A stretch of DNA of 64,000 bases from Candidatus Fermentithermobacillus carboniphilus (GCA_018208355.1 CP062796.1:960494-1024493); one strand, 5' to 3'; positions 54,847 through 64,000 are shown, counted from the first letter of the stretch. The notes: a model not told the origin generated them from the letters alone. Made by a program: numbers and translations.

Positions 54847-55659
54847 CTACGGCGCCAGTTGTCGGGACAGGTGCAACCCTGGAGTCCCGTCCGATAGCAA
54901 AGCCGCCGCTTCGTTATCCAGGAGCACTGTTAGATTCCCGTGCACACGTAATAGCGAAGCGGGAACCTCTGGAGTGGGCGGATCCAGCAGGAATGCACGG
55001 ACCACTTTGGCCTTGTGTGGCCCACAGGCAAGCAGCACGATCTCCCTAGCCTGCAGGATCGTCCGCAGACCTACTGTCAGTCCTAGCCGCGGCACGCGCT
55101 CAACCGAGCCCCCAAACCAAACTGCCTGCGCCCGCCGGGTCGCTTCTGAAAGATCCACCACATGTGTCCCTAGACTGGGATCGCTACCAGGTTCGTTGAA
55201 CGCCACGTGCCCGTTGTTACCAATGCCTACCAGAGCCAGATCAATCCCACCCGCCTCCGCGATGGCTTCTTCGTAACGCCGGCATTCCTTTTCCAGGTCC
55301 TCTGCCCAACCACGCGGGATATCATATTGACCCTTATTTAGCCCTGCCGGGCCCCAGAAGCGCTCCTTCATGTACCTGTAAAAGGAACCTTCATCACCCG
55401 GCTGAACCCCTACAAACTCGTCCAGATTGAAAAACCTGGCCGAATCGAACTGCAAGATCCCCGCCTTGCGGCGTCTTACCAGCTCATCATACATGGCCAG
55501 AGGTGTTGCACCGGTAGGCAGAGCGAACACTGGGTTAGGGCGCTCCAGCAGCACCTCCTGGATGAGGTCTGCAGCACGATTCCCTACCTGAGTGCAGGAT
55601 TGCCAGATCTCAACTCTCACCGGTGATTCCTCACCATGATCGAGAACGTTATCTCCCAT
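54847..55659 (-). CDS. Glucosamine-6-phosphate deaminase/isomerase family protein (second NagB-like paralog)
   Basis: FALPTGATPLAMY..FFNLDEF..DLALVGIGNNGHVAFNEPGSD. ATG at 55659 after GGAGG. Confidence 0.8.
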   Translation of the reverse strand: MGDNVLDHGEESPVRVEIWQSCTQVGNRAADLIQEVLLERPNPVFALPTGATPLAMYDELVRRRKAGILQFDSARFFNLDEFVGVQPGDEGSFYRYMKERFWGPAGLNKGQYDIPRGWAEDLEKECRRYEEAIAEAGGIDLALVGIGNNGHVAFNEPGSDPSLGTHVVDLSEATRRAQAVWFGGSVERVPRLGLTVGLRTILQAREIVLLACGPHKAKVVRAFLLDPPTPEVPASLLRVHGNLTVLLDNEAAALLSDGTPGLHLSRQLAP

Positions 55660-55759
55660 TATGAGCACCTCCATTGGCTTCATCCACCGAGGTCAACCTC
55701 ATCCACCGAGGTCAAAGACAAACTTTGTGCCACAAAGTATCCGTAACCTCAATCAAGTA

Positions 55760-56956
55760 TCAATCAAGTATCATTCTCGTACCTGCCTCGGTTTGCCCCA
55801 CACCGAGATATGATGCGGCTGTGGCGCCGATATCAGAGAGCGTAACACGCACTCCAAGGGACCTCGGCTTGAACTTCTTGCCGAACGCTAGCAGCAAGGT
55901 CTTCTCCCTTGTATGATGCCCTGTTCCCCTGACGGGGTCGTTGCCGTGATCTCCTGTCACAAACAGCAAGTCCTCATCGTTGAGAACTTCTATCAACTTT
56001 GGGAGATGCTGGTCTACCACCATCAGTGCCTCTGCCCACTTTACCGGATCTCGCGAATGGCCAGCAAGGTCCGTCTCCTGGACGTTGGCAACTATCAGCC
56101 CTGCATCCAGCTGGGACGCATATCTGCACAGGGTCTTCATAACTTTTTCAGTATCGACGCAGGGTTCGTATATGGCTCCGTCTGCATGCAAAACATCCGC
56201 GGCTTTTCCTATCAGTACAACAGGAAGCCCCGCCTTTCTTACTAGTCCTGTCACTTGTAAATCCGGGCGGTCAGTGTTGCCAAGATGTCTCACGACGTAC
56301 CCTCTCTTGTATACACCAGAGCGGGTACAGTTCACTCCAGTGGCCCCGTAAGGCGTCCGTTCGATAGCTGACATGATGTTGTCTATCGTTATGCCTCGGC
56401 CACCCAATACGATTACCCTCGAAACTTGCGCATATCGTCTGACGATTTGCCCGATCCTTAGCACCTCATCGAAAGGGATGCTGTCCAACGGAGCCGTTAC
56501 GTTGTAGTTGAGGTACGGTTCTCCTTCGATGTTATCCGCAACCACTACAAGCCCATTTACCACCAGATACCCACCGCTTCCGTCGGGTTGCTCAGCCCGG
56601 TATCCTGCCGTCTCCAGCGCATGGCGGACCCTTTGCGCTGCATCCCTGAAGGGTATGGCAACCGGTGGTTTTGGCAAAGAACCTGCAATTTCCTGATGAC
56701 CCTGAAAGGTATCGGCTCCCTCGTGGGCCAGCAGCGAAGCACCATAAGATGCAAGAGGTGCCTCTATGGGCCGAAGGTTGGAGGTACGCACTATGAGTCC
56801 GGCACCCAGCGATTCAAGGGCGCGCAGGCGGACGTCAGGATTTGCTTCCAAGACATGCTTGAACGTGTTTGTTCCTACATCCTGGGGACGGACCATTGAC
56901 ACATCGTCCATGGCCCCAACTCCGAGACCATCGATCACCAATATTACGGCTTTCAC
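55760..56956 (-). CDS. Phosphopentomutase-like metalloenzyme (YhfW-like)
   Basis: MKAVILVIDGLGVGAMDD, ETDLAGHSRDP, TGDHGNDP are alkaline-phosphatase-superfamily phosphomutase motifs. 398 aa, against 408 aa for E. coli YhfW. Confidence 0.7.
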   Translation of the reverse strand: MKAVILVIDGLGVGAMDDVSMVRPQDVGTNTFKHVLEANPDVRLRALESLGAGLIVRTSNLRPIEAPLASYGASLLAHEGADTFQGHQEIAGSLPKPPVAIPFRDAAQRVRHALETAGYRAEQPDGSGGYLVVNGLVVVADNIEGEPYLNYNVTAPLDSIPFDEVLRIGQIVRRYAQVSRVIVLGGRGITIDNIMSAIERTPYGATGVNCTRSGVYKRGYVVRHLGNTDRPDLQVTGLVRKAGLPVVLIGKAADVLHADGAIYEPCVDTEKVMKTLCRYASQLDAGLIVANVQETDLAGHSRDPVKWAEALMVVDQHLPKLIEVLNDEDLLFVTGDHGNDPVRGTGHHTREKTLLLAFGKKFKPRSLGVRVTLSDIGATAASYLGVGQTEAGTRMILD

Positions 56957-57010
56957 AATGCAACACTTCCTTGGATCGGCGCAAAATGCCGCAAATAGGC
57001 CGCCATGTTC

Positions 57011-58204
57011 TCATCCTTGTACCTTCCTAAGCAGGTTTCCGCGGGAATCGTATAACCCCGTAAGATGCGGATTACCCCCGGAAATCCCTTCTACGACCGC
57101 CACGTAGGATCGTGTTACAAATATCTGCGTCCTAAAAGCAAAAATCGCGGTATCTCCTACCTTTACGTTATCTGCGACCCGTACTGGCAGGTAATAGTCG
57201 ATGTGATCCTGCCTCGGCTGGCTGGCTCTGAAGCGGCGCTCGCAAATGGTATCAGGGTCATTCCCGACGAGCGCTTCTTTCAGGTGGGAGCGGGCGTAAA
57301 ATCCTCCCCCAAACACGTAAGCCTCGTTTTTGAAAACGTGTGAGACCTCGCTCACGTACACCATGGCAGGTATTTCGGGCTGGTCGGACACCGCATGGAG
57401 GGGAGTCGTCCCAGTTAGGGAATGGCCTGGTTCAGCGTGGGAAATCCCCAGGGATTTCAGCAACCCCATTGTAGAAGCACAGGTCATGCTCGGACCGTTG
57501 ATCTGCCTAACCTCCACCCCCGCATCTCTCAAGATAGATGCCGCTCGCAGCATGGTGTTCACATTTGGAGTAGGCCTTGGTTCCCGTGTTGCATTGTCCA
57601 TGATAAGGCAGGGAAATGAAGTAACACCCACCACTTGAATGCCCGGAAGTTTCTTGAGCTCCTCGATGGCCCGGGGCAGTTCTTCAATAGCGATGCCCCC
57701 GCTCTGCATGGGGTAGAAGAAATCATCCCGGGAAACTACTCTGAGAAGGATGTTTTGCCTGGTTCCCGCTTTGACCGCCGCCTCGGATAACTCCCTGGCT
57801 TTATCCACGGAAAAGCACGTTACTACTTCGGGAGCAACAGATATTACCCATTCTATAAGCCCCGAGGGTACTTGGACGAGATGCCCTACATGTCCCAGGC
57901 GGATTCCAAATCCGTGGAGTTGCTGGGCTTCTTCATAATCAACGGCAACCGCCGAGTCTATACCCGCCTTCGAAATTGCATCTGCAAGTTCCGGGTTCCG
58001 GCCAATTTGTTTTGTCATGAAATACAGACCCAGGCCGTGCTTTCTGGCGGAATCCGCGATTATACGCGCATTCTGGAAAACCGCGTCTTTATCGATCACA
58101 TAAGTATTGGGTGGAATCAGGCCCTTCCTATGAAGTTCACATGCTGTGACGATTAACTGCGGATTCCTCTTGACCATCGATTCAAGGAACAAATCCGATG
58201 TCAC
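57011..58204 (-). CDS. Alanine-racemase-fold PLP protein (YhfX-like)
   Basis: 397 aa. Position and size match E. coli YhfX. The N-terminal TIM-barrel-like region includes the FMTKQIGRNPE Lys region. Family assignment is from memory, not a search. Confidence 0.55.
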   Translation of the reverse strand: MTSDLFLESMVKRNPQLIVTACELHRKGLIPPNTYVIDKDAVFQNARIIADSARKHGLGLYFMTKQIGRNPELADAISKAGIDSAVAVDYEEAQQLHGFGIRLGHVGHLVQVPSGLIEWVISVAPEVVTCFSVDKARELSEAAVKAGTRQNILLRVVSRDDFFYPMQSGGIAIEELPRAIEELKKLPGIQVVGVTSFPCLIMDNATREPRPTPNVNTMLRAASILRDAGVEVRQINGPSMTCASTMGLLKSLGISHAEPGHSLTGTTPLHAVSDQPEIPAMVYVSEVSHVFKNEAYVFGGGFYARSHLKEALVGNDPDTICERRFRASQPRQDHIDYYLPVRVADNVKVGDTAIFAFRTQIFVTRSYVAVVEGISGGNPHLTGLYDSRGNLLRKVQG

Positions 58205-58223
58205 CTCTTATCCGGCTGAAGTG

Positions 58224-59339
58224 CTAGTTCATACCCTGGCCTTGCGTTGACCTGGCCCGTTCCAAGGCTTTACGGAGTATTCTGATCACTGTATCGGGGC
58301 CAGCCCTCATGGGATTAATCCGGATAACGCGGTCTTTCATCTCTGGAGATGCCTGGAGAAAGGAACCAGAAACGCGGTAGAACATGGCACCTATTTCGTA
58401 TCTTGATTCGGCTCCCACCGGATAAGGTACGGCTCCAAGGTCCCTGGCCGCTTGGAGCACGTTTGCTGCAATCGGCTCTTCAAATTCAACCAACACAACC
58501 CGGGATTGAGCGTTGGCTACGCACGCGCTAATGACACCTGGTACTTCTCCCTCATTAAGACGGGCAGCAATCTCATCTACGACTCTGGCTTGAATGGCCT
58601 GCGCCACCGGCACATACACAAGAGACCTGAGGGCTTCCATGGCTTCGTGCCCCTGAACCTGACTCCCGCCGGAGTAGTTGTACCCCCTGACGCGCTGGAT
58701 TACACTGGAACGCCCGACCACACACCCGATACCTTCCGGGCCGAGTAACTTGAACATTGAAAAAGCCGAAGCATCCGCCCCCATTGCGGCCCCCACCAAG
58801 TGTACCTTCATTACAGCATAGTTTTCGTCTGTGACTATCGGGACATCAGGCAAGATACTTCGGATCGCCTCTATCACCTCGCATACATCGTACCGGTCCG
58901 TGAGGACTTGACGGCTCCGCTGGATAAGGACTGCATCAGGACGAAGGGCGCAACCCCGCCTGACGTCAGCAAGATCGTTCATGTCTACGGGTAATACGTT
59001 AATCCCCATGGATTCGATAAGGGTCTTAGTAGTGCTGTATATTGGAGCTTGGTGGATAAGGAGCTTTGCGCCAGGCCGCAACATAGCCCAGATGGCGAGC
59101 CTCAGGGCGCCGGAACCGGCGCCCCTCACCAGCACGGCACTTTCGGTACCAAAGAACCTGGCCAGCACTTCTTCAACTTTCGCGGTAGTTTTCGGCCTGC
59201 CCAGCCCCGGGACAATACCCAAGTCCCCCAAGGAGAGCAATTCGTCGCCCGAGAACACCGATTGAATGATGTCTACAAGTCTGAACTGAACTTGAATTGC
59301 TTCATCGAGTGTCAGTTGTTTTAGCGGATACGATTTCAA
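58224..59339 (-). CDS. PLP-dependent transferase-fold protein (YhfS-like)
   Basis: 371 aa. GAGSGALRLAIWAML.., FSMFKLLGPEGIG (Lys in a PLP-like context). Size and position match E. coli YhfS. Confidence 0.55.
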   Translation of the reverse strand: MKSYPLKQLTLDEAIQVQFRLVDIIQSVFSGDELLSLGDLGIVPGLGRPKTTAKVEEVLARFFGTESAVLVRGAGSGALRLAIWAMLRPGAKLLIHQAPIYSTTKTLIESMGINVLPVDMNDLADVRRGCALRPDAVLIQRSRQVLTDRYDVCEVIEAIRSILPDVPIVTDENYAVMKVHLVGAAMGADASAFSMFKLLGPEGIGCVVGRSSVIQRVRGYNYSGGSQVQGHEAMEALRSLVYVPVAQAIQARVVDEIAARLNEGEVPGVISACVANAQSRVVLVEFEEPIAANVLQAARDLGAVPYPVGAESRYEIGAMFYRVSGSFLQASPEMKDRVIRINPMRAGPDTVIRILRKALERARSTQGQGMN

Positions 59340-59380
59340 TACAAAAGACCTCCTCAGGAAAGAACCGTCTTGTCCACATC

Positions 59381-60250
59381 TCAGAAGGGTCCAAAGAGCT
59401 TTTCGGGAGCTTCAGAAAGCATCAGGTTCAGATCCCTGTCCGAAAGCCCTAATTCGCGCAGCATAGGCACAAATGACTCCATAAGATAAGCCCGCCCATA
59501 GCCCCCGTACCGCCTCAGATGAGAAAGTCTTGTGATATCGGTGGACAGAAGCAGTTTCTCCGCGTATCCCCTGTTCGAAAGCTTGACAATGAGCGATGCC
59601 CTTAGCGCATCTGGCTGATAAGTTTGTTTCCCGATGGTATCAAAGCCGAGGTATACGCCGTGGTCTAGAAGCCGAAGGTAGTAGTCTAGCTCAGGGTTCA
59701 GGTCTACGTGGCCGATCACGACTTTCTCAAGATCTGCACCTGCAGCCTTAAGGATCTTGACCTGCTCTAAGCCCAATCGCCCAAGAGTCATGTGAGTATA
59801 AATCGGCACTCCCGTCTCACGTTGAGCAAGAGCTGCTGCGCGAAACACCTTTGCTTCGGTAGGGGAAATCTCGTTCCCCGTACCAATTTCTCCTATCAGT
59901 TTTGCCCTTTCTCCAGTATTTTCAATGCCATCGGTTATTTCCTTTATCATCAACGCCGCAAGCTCAGATTCTGACTTTTCGAGAACTATCTTGGGGAAAA
60001 AAGGCTCCTTGTAAAATCCTGTGGAAAAGGAGACCGCGACGCACGCTTTCTCACATAGCGCCTTCGCAGTCCTTACATCTCGTCCCATCCCGATGTTGGT
60101 AACGTCAATTATCCGCTGGATACCGCTGGCCACAGTCTGCTGGAGGTCTTCCAGAATCGCCGTACCATCGAGCATCTGGGCATCGGGATCGTTTTTCATC
60201 ATCGAAAGATCGATTACCACATGTTCGTGGCAAAGGGTTTTCAAAACCAT
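59381..60250 (-). CDS. php: Phosphotriesterase homology protein (amidohydrolase superfamily)
   Basis: Collinear similarity to E. coli Php as recalled: TLCHEHVVIDLS (HxH), AKLIGEIGT, VPIYTHM, VVIGHVDL, LGFDTIGK, LLLSTDITR, GGYGRAYL. 289 aa against 292 aa. Confidence 0.85.
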   Translation of the reverse strand: MVLKTLCHEHVVIDLSMMKNDPDAQMLDGTAILEDLQQTVASGIQRIIDVTNIGMGRDVRTAKALCEKACVAVSFSTGFYKEPFFPKIVLEKSESELAALMIKEITDGIENTGERAKLIGEIGTGNEISPTEAKVFRAAALAQRETGVPIYTHMTLGRLGLEQVKILKAAGADLEKVVIGHVDLNPELDYYLRLLDHGVYLGFDTIGKQTYQPDALRASLIVKLSNRGYAEKLLLSTDITRLSHLRRYGGYGRAYLMESFVPMLRELGLSDRDLNLMLSEAPEKLFGPF

Positions 60251-61362
60251 TCGCCTCCGAAGAAAAGGTCGTCTGCTTCAACGGGATCCTGCCGAAAGTA
60301 ACGATAAAACAGCGGTGGTCGGACGATACCTCTGTCGATTTCGACTGCAAGCTTTAGAGCTTTACGCGCGGTAACAAAACCAGGTTTGGCCATCAATACT
60401 ACCCCACAAGCCATGTCCGTTCCAGGGAGTACGATGGAGGTCGCCTGGCTCATGTTAGCCGCCCTGATTAGAAATTTGCCTGAGGTTTGCCGCACTCTTC
60501 GACCAGTAACCCCGAGCTCACCTAGGACTGAGTCCCCAAGGCCCCATACATCGATAGGTCCTTCGTATGAAATCACAATGTCTACTTCCGAAAATGCATG
60601 TGAGAGCGCATGCAGCGCTGTCTTCCGATCATCGCAGCCAGACAAGTTAAGTTCCTTTACCTGGACCCCGAAGCGCTCAAGGCTTCCTACGACCCTCATG
60701 AGGTTTTCCCTCATATCCCCAAGCGTGGGCAGTTCAAGACATCCTCGAGCCGGGACACCTACTATGACTCCGTCCAATGATTCCTCGTTTATGACATCGG
60801 TAGATATCTGCTTTAGAGTCAAGTGTTCAACGGCATCGAGAGCTACCTGAATATCTTTAGATATGACTCCTATACCGGGTACGAACGAAAGTTCGTCTGT
60901 AGATATTCTTTGCCTCGTACCGGTAAGCCCGATTCCCGAGGCCACGATTCCGAACAGGTTGCACGATAGAGCCGGCCCCAACACCGAGCCACCCCCATCG
61001 GCCCCCACGGCAAGATCGTTGATGCCGTACAGCACGTTGATTGCACTCCCGCTGGAAGAGCCAGTCATGACTCGACCTGTTAGGGGATTAATTCGGAAAG
61101 GATCGATAGCTCTTCCCTTGAACGAACAAGTATCGACGGTCAACCATACGTAGCCGGGCGCGCGACGAAGGTTTTGTACCAGCTGGCGACTTATTTGTGA
61201 CGTATCCTTTATTCCGAACAAGACAAGTCTCTCACTGTCAGAGATAGCGCGCTCGGCATCCCTAGGGGCAAGAGGATTTAGATACTTAACCGTATATCCC
61301 CGCATTTCGTTTGCGCGCATGATAGATAGGCACAGCCTGGCCATTTCAGAAACTTTATTCAC
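60241..61362 (-). CDS. Amidase-signature-like protein (short form)
   Basis: GSSSGSAINVL and GADGGGSVLGPA resemble the amidase-signature GGSSGGS/GTDxGGSIR motifs. 373 aa. Not part of the E. coli yhf cluster. Confidence 0.5.
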   Translation of the reverse strand: MNKVSEMARLCLSIMRANEMRGYTVKYLNPLAPRDAERAISDSERLVLFGIKDTSQISRQLVQNLRRAPGYVWLTVDTCSFKGRAIDPFRINPLTGRVMTGSSSGSAINVLYGINDLAVGADGGGSVLGPALSCNLFGIVASGIGLTGTRQRISTDELSFVPGIGVISKDIQVALDAVEHLTLKQISTDVINEESLDGVIVGVPARGCLELPTLGDMRENLMRVVGSLERFGVQVKELNLSGCDDRKTALHALSHAFSEVDIVISYEGPIDVWGLGDSVLGELGVTGRRVRQTSGKFLIRAANMSQATSIVLPGTDMACGVVLMAKPGFVTARKALKLAVEIDRGIVRPPLFYRYFRQDPVEADDLFFGGEWF

Positions 61363-61471
61363 GCTTCTCGCCTCTCAAATCCCGCCGGTTTTTGCTTTCC
61401 ACAATCTACAGGACAATGTCTCGTTCATTACCCCGTATACCCCAGACCGCCTGCCGCGTTTCGTAATCCAA

Positions 61472-61528
61472 TGGCCATCCGGTCTTTAGCCGGAGGCCGG
61501 TAATTTCCTGGCTTCCGCCGGATGGCCA
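61472..61528 (-). other. Intercistronic stem-loop (11-bp perfect outer stem TGGCCATCCGG/CCGGATGGCCA enclosing a second GC-rich helix)
   Basis: Read directly in the 190-nt gap between the yhfT-like and amidase-like genes. No adjacent U-tract. Confidence 0.5.
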
Positions 61529-61554
61529 GCCTACTGAGACTAATCTCCTTCAAA

Positions 61555-62835
61555 TTAAGCCGGCGGCTTAAAAAGGCCCAAAAGTGCCAGAATGTTGGCC
61601 AGAAGTCCTACAAGAATCGCAGTTACAGGGCCCACCGCCATCCGTACAACAGGCCGCCCGGCAACCTCGTTCAAGAGGTATAGACCTACGACGATGATCG
61701 TGCCAAGTCCCGGAAGAATCGCGTTTGCCGCATTGGCTCCGCCTACCAGCAGGGCAATTTCGAGAAGCTGGCTCATTGCAGTCCTAATGCTGTCAGCTGA
61801 GTTCTTGATTCCCGGGAACTTATCCAGAAACGACGCCACAGACCCAAGGAGGAACACTTCAGCAGCGATGATTACTGCACCAAGCAATCCACCAAGCACC
61901 GGGTTATTTACGGCAAGAGCAGCTGCGAAGATAAACGTCATCCCTACGGGTCCGTAAACCCCCGTGGCGATCGCGGTTGTCCCTACTAGCGGAACAAAGC
62001 CGAGCCCTCTTGCAAAGGCTGCAAGAGCTGCCGCGGAGATTTGCCCCTTAGAAACCAGGTTCAGCGAAATGGGGTCTCCGGCGAGAATGTGGAGGGAAGT
62101 AGCTGCTCCAACCAAAGCACCAATAATAGCAAGGTATATAACGTTCTTGCGTATTCTGCCTACACGGTCTCCGAAAAGTGAGGCTGTGGACACTGCAGTG
62201 TCTGACTGTCTCTCCCCTGCAGCGTAGGCAAGTAGGACGATCATACCAGCCAGCATCGCCATTCCTTCAGGGCTCAAACTAACCTTTACGCTCCCAAGCG
62301 CAATTGGGTTGAATCTCGCGAAAAGAGTACGAATAAGAGCAGAGATTGCAAGGGTGATAAGGCCGTTCTTTGCACCATATTGATTACCCACTGCAATTGC
62401 CGGAAATGCTGCAAAAGCGAGCGTCACTGGGGCACCGATTTGTCCCATGGCATTGAAGAAGTTAACTGGAAGATGCTTGAAGGCATTCACTACCCATTGC
62501 AGTCCGGATAAGAGTCCGACACCATAAACCGCCCCCACAACTGCAGCAGCAACCGCACCGAACTTGCTGGAAGGCGCCCAGGTCCCTATGATATCAGTAC
62601 CCAGCAAGATGCTATGAACCAAGAGAATGCTGGCACTGATGGATACAGGGATGCCGAAACCGATCACAAGACCAAAACTCAGCGCAAAGCTGGTGGCTAC
62701 GAGCTCAGCCTTAGTCATCCTACCCTCAAGGAACTCGGGCATGATGGGCCTAAGCCCGTCGTTAAACACAGCTATCCCGCGGTTGGCAAGTATGGCGGAT
62801 ACAGCACCGATAGCCCCAATGATTACATAGTTCAC
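61555..62835 (-). CDS. Polytopic membrane protein (YhfT-like putative transporter)
   Basis: 426 aa, Gly/Ala-rich with about 11-12 TM helices. Size and position match E. coli YhfT (434 aa). ATGA overlap with the upstream gene. Confidence 0.6.
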   Translation of the reverse strand: MNYVIIGAIGAVSAILANRGIAVFNDGLRPIMPEFLEGRMTKAELVATSFALSFGLVIGFGIPVSISASILLVHSILLGTDIIGTWAPSSKFGAVAAAVVGAVYGVGLLSGLQWVVNAFKHLPVNFFNAMGQIGAPVTLAFAAFPAIAVGNQYGAKNGLITLAISALIRTLFARFNPIALGSVKVSLSPEGMAMLAGMIVLLAYAAGERQSDTAVSTASLFGDRVGRIRKNVIYLAIIGALVGAATSLHILAGDPISLNLVSKGQISAAALAAFARGLGFVPLVGTTAIATGVYGPVGMTFIFAAALAVNNPVLGGLLGAVIIAAEVFLLGSVASFLDKFPGIKNSADSIRTAMSQLLEIALLVGGANAANAILPGLGTIIVVGLYLLNEVAGRPVVRMAVGPVTAILVGLLANILALLGLFKPPA

Positions 62836-63206
62836 TTTTGGTTTCCCTCCTTGTTCATTAAGACCTCGACCAGCATTGGCACCGCCGTATCGATATGGTC
62901 ACTGGTGATTCCGAACGCAACTTTCCCTTCCCGCACTGCTTTCTCTATCATCTCATGCTTGGGCGGTTTTCCTGGCATAGACAGAATGGCGCATTTCGCA
63001 GACCCAAGTATGGCCATAGCCAGCGCCAGCGCGCCACCGCCACCCGTAGCGCAAGCACCAACGTAATAATCGGCCTTACCAGTCTTAACAGCCATAGCCG
63101 CTTCTACGTCGGACATTACTGCGGCTTCAGCCTGGCCACCTGAAGCCTCCTTGATCTTGGCTGCCACTTTCTGTTTGTCGATCGCCCCGCCCACTGCGAA
63201 TTTCAT
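62832..63206 (-). CDS. DUF2620 protein (YhfU-like)
   Basis: MKFAVGGAIDKQKV..YYVGACATGGGGALALAMAILG. About 124 aa from the ATG at 63206. Coupled to the yhfT-like gene. Confidence 0.55.
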   Translation of the reverse strand: MKFAVGGAIDKQKVAAKIKEASGGQAEAAVMSDVEAAMAVKTGKADYYVGACATGGGGALALAMAILGSAKCAILSMPGKPPKHEMIEKAVREGKVAFGITSDHIDTAVPMLVEVLMNKEGNQK

Positions 63207-63310
63207 CTCATTGTTCACCTCCTCGTATGCTTTGATTTGAAGCCAAGTTTTCGAGCTTTCTTGGGTCATTCGCTTGGGACCGGTATGTCACGCCTTTGCT
63301 CATTGACATT

Positions 63311-63664
63311 TCAATGTAGTTCTTCCAGTAAACTGCAAATGTGCGCCATGACATACCCCTTTTCGCTATCAGGCAAGTTCACTCCGAGACTATCCATGAA
63401 GGACATGAACTGCCGGGCAAGTGGGTAGTGAGGGGACGCCTCTACCTGGCGAAGGATCTCCTCCGGCAGCCCCTCCACCGCCTCACAGGACCTTGCACGC
63501 TGGACAGCCATGGCCAGATGAGTAATGAACATCTGTCCATTCTCCCCATCTATTGGGATGCCTCTATCTGAAAGCCAGACCAAAAGCAATTGCAAGATGT
63601 TTTCAACCTCCTGCGTGATCACTCCCGAGTTCTTTAGAAGTCTGAGCCTTTCTGTCGGATTCAT
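63311..63664 (-). CDS. Stand-alone PRD-domain protein (YhfY-like)
   Basis: 117 aa, all-helical with conserved His (FITHLAMAV, YVMAHI). Size and position match E. coli YhfY. Confidence 0.5.
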   Translation of the reverse strand: MNPTERLRLLKNSGVITQEVENILQLLLVWLSDRGIPIDGENGQMFITHLAMAVQRARSCEAVEGLPEEILRQVEASPHYPLARQFMSFMDSLGVNLPDSEKGYVMAHICSLLEELH

Positions 63665-63721
63665 GGTAAACCTCCATCCCGGCTACTTTCGTTGGTCTGG
63701 AAGTATCAGGATCAGTTTGTG

Positions 63722-64000
63722 CTAATAGTTAGGTAGCAGTTTCTCATCCAGGACCAAACGTTGAAGTTCCAGCACCTTATCCACGTCAATCACAGTCCTG
63801 AGGAGATTCGAGATCGCACGGTTATTCCTCCGAACAACTACCACGGCTACCGTACCCCTGTCGTCAAGGTGGCAGGCTTCTTTGCTAGAAAGGTTACAAT
63901 ACGTGATCGGGTACCCTCTTTCAATGACCTCGTCGACGTTCCAGATGGCGGCATCTATCCGTCGCGTCAGAAGGCTCCTGATAACCTGACTGTAAGGCAT
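63722..64000 (-). CDS. 3' part of a gene continuing beyond the window end; YhfZ-like putative regulator, by position only
   Basis: Open to the window edge. The C-terminal sequence ..RRIDAAIWNVDEV.. resembles a substrate-binding-fold regulator domain. Assignment rests mainly on synteny. Confidence 0.35.
   Translation of the reverse strand: MPYSQVIRSLLTRRIDAAIWNVDEVIERGYPITYCNLSSKEACHLDDRGTVAVVVVRRNNRAISNLLRTVIDVDKVLELQRLVLDEKLLPNY

Noticed and set aside
60386-60850. 154-aa plus-strand ORF
   Set aside because: Antisense to the amidase-like gene. Pro/Ser/Thr-rich shadow translation.

Overview
Identifications rest on motif recognition and manual alignment by eye. No database search or statistics were run, and start codons were refined by eye from Shine-Dalgarno spacing.

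The window looks like chromosome from an endospore-forming Firmicute, probably Clostridia-like. Supporting signs are spore photoproduct lyase, a YaaH/YdhD-type GH18, strong GGAGG Shine-Dalgarno sites, many GTG/TTG starts, frequent 4-nt stop/start overlaps and a PrdR-like sigma-54 activator.

Content from left to right:
1. 161-10539 and 19217-22923: a nucleotide-sugar and glycan locus. It holds a WbpA/B/E/D-like set for a 2,3-diacetamido uronic acid, an epimerase, three large methyltransferase-glycosyltransferase fusion proteins and a GT-A protein.
2. 10.7-19.2 kb: a decayed mosaic that splits this locus. It contains a HAD 3' fragment, GNAT, EamA, an RHH plus truncated PIN, YdcF, a broken CPBP paralog, a Cmr6-like type III RAMP relic, an IS30-like relic, an intact CPBP, GH18, and abutting ABC-ATPase and AbrB fragments.
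3. 23.0-34.6 kb: an amino-sugar catabolic island on the minus strand. Genes are an FGGY kinase, GntR, mannose-family PTS IIB and fused IIC-IID, NagB, class I and class II aldolases, a ceramidase-like hydrolase, NanE, EIIA, a SIS protein and a Cof phosphatase.
4. 34.8-44.0 kb: a sigma-54 controlled peptidase/amidohydrolase/symporter unit with two recognisable -24/-12 promoters.
5. 44.2-45.35 kb: an ABC ATPase gene broken at its Walker A site and joined to a 5'-truncated IS110/IS1111-family element.
6. 45.4-48.5 kb: splB, an intact vapBC pair, a roughly 310-bp array of 32-33-bp tandem repeats and another CPBP protease.
7. 48.9-54.5 kb: a second mannose-family PTS locus with a SorC regulator, a class I aldolase and a Zn-dehydrogenase.
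8. 54.8-64.0 kb: a complete php/yhf-type orphan operon (YhfZ, Y, U, T, Php, YhfS, X, W) extended by an amidase-signature protein and a second NagB-like deaminase.

No rRNA, tRNA or CRISPR array was found.
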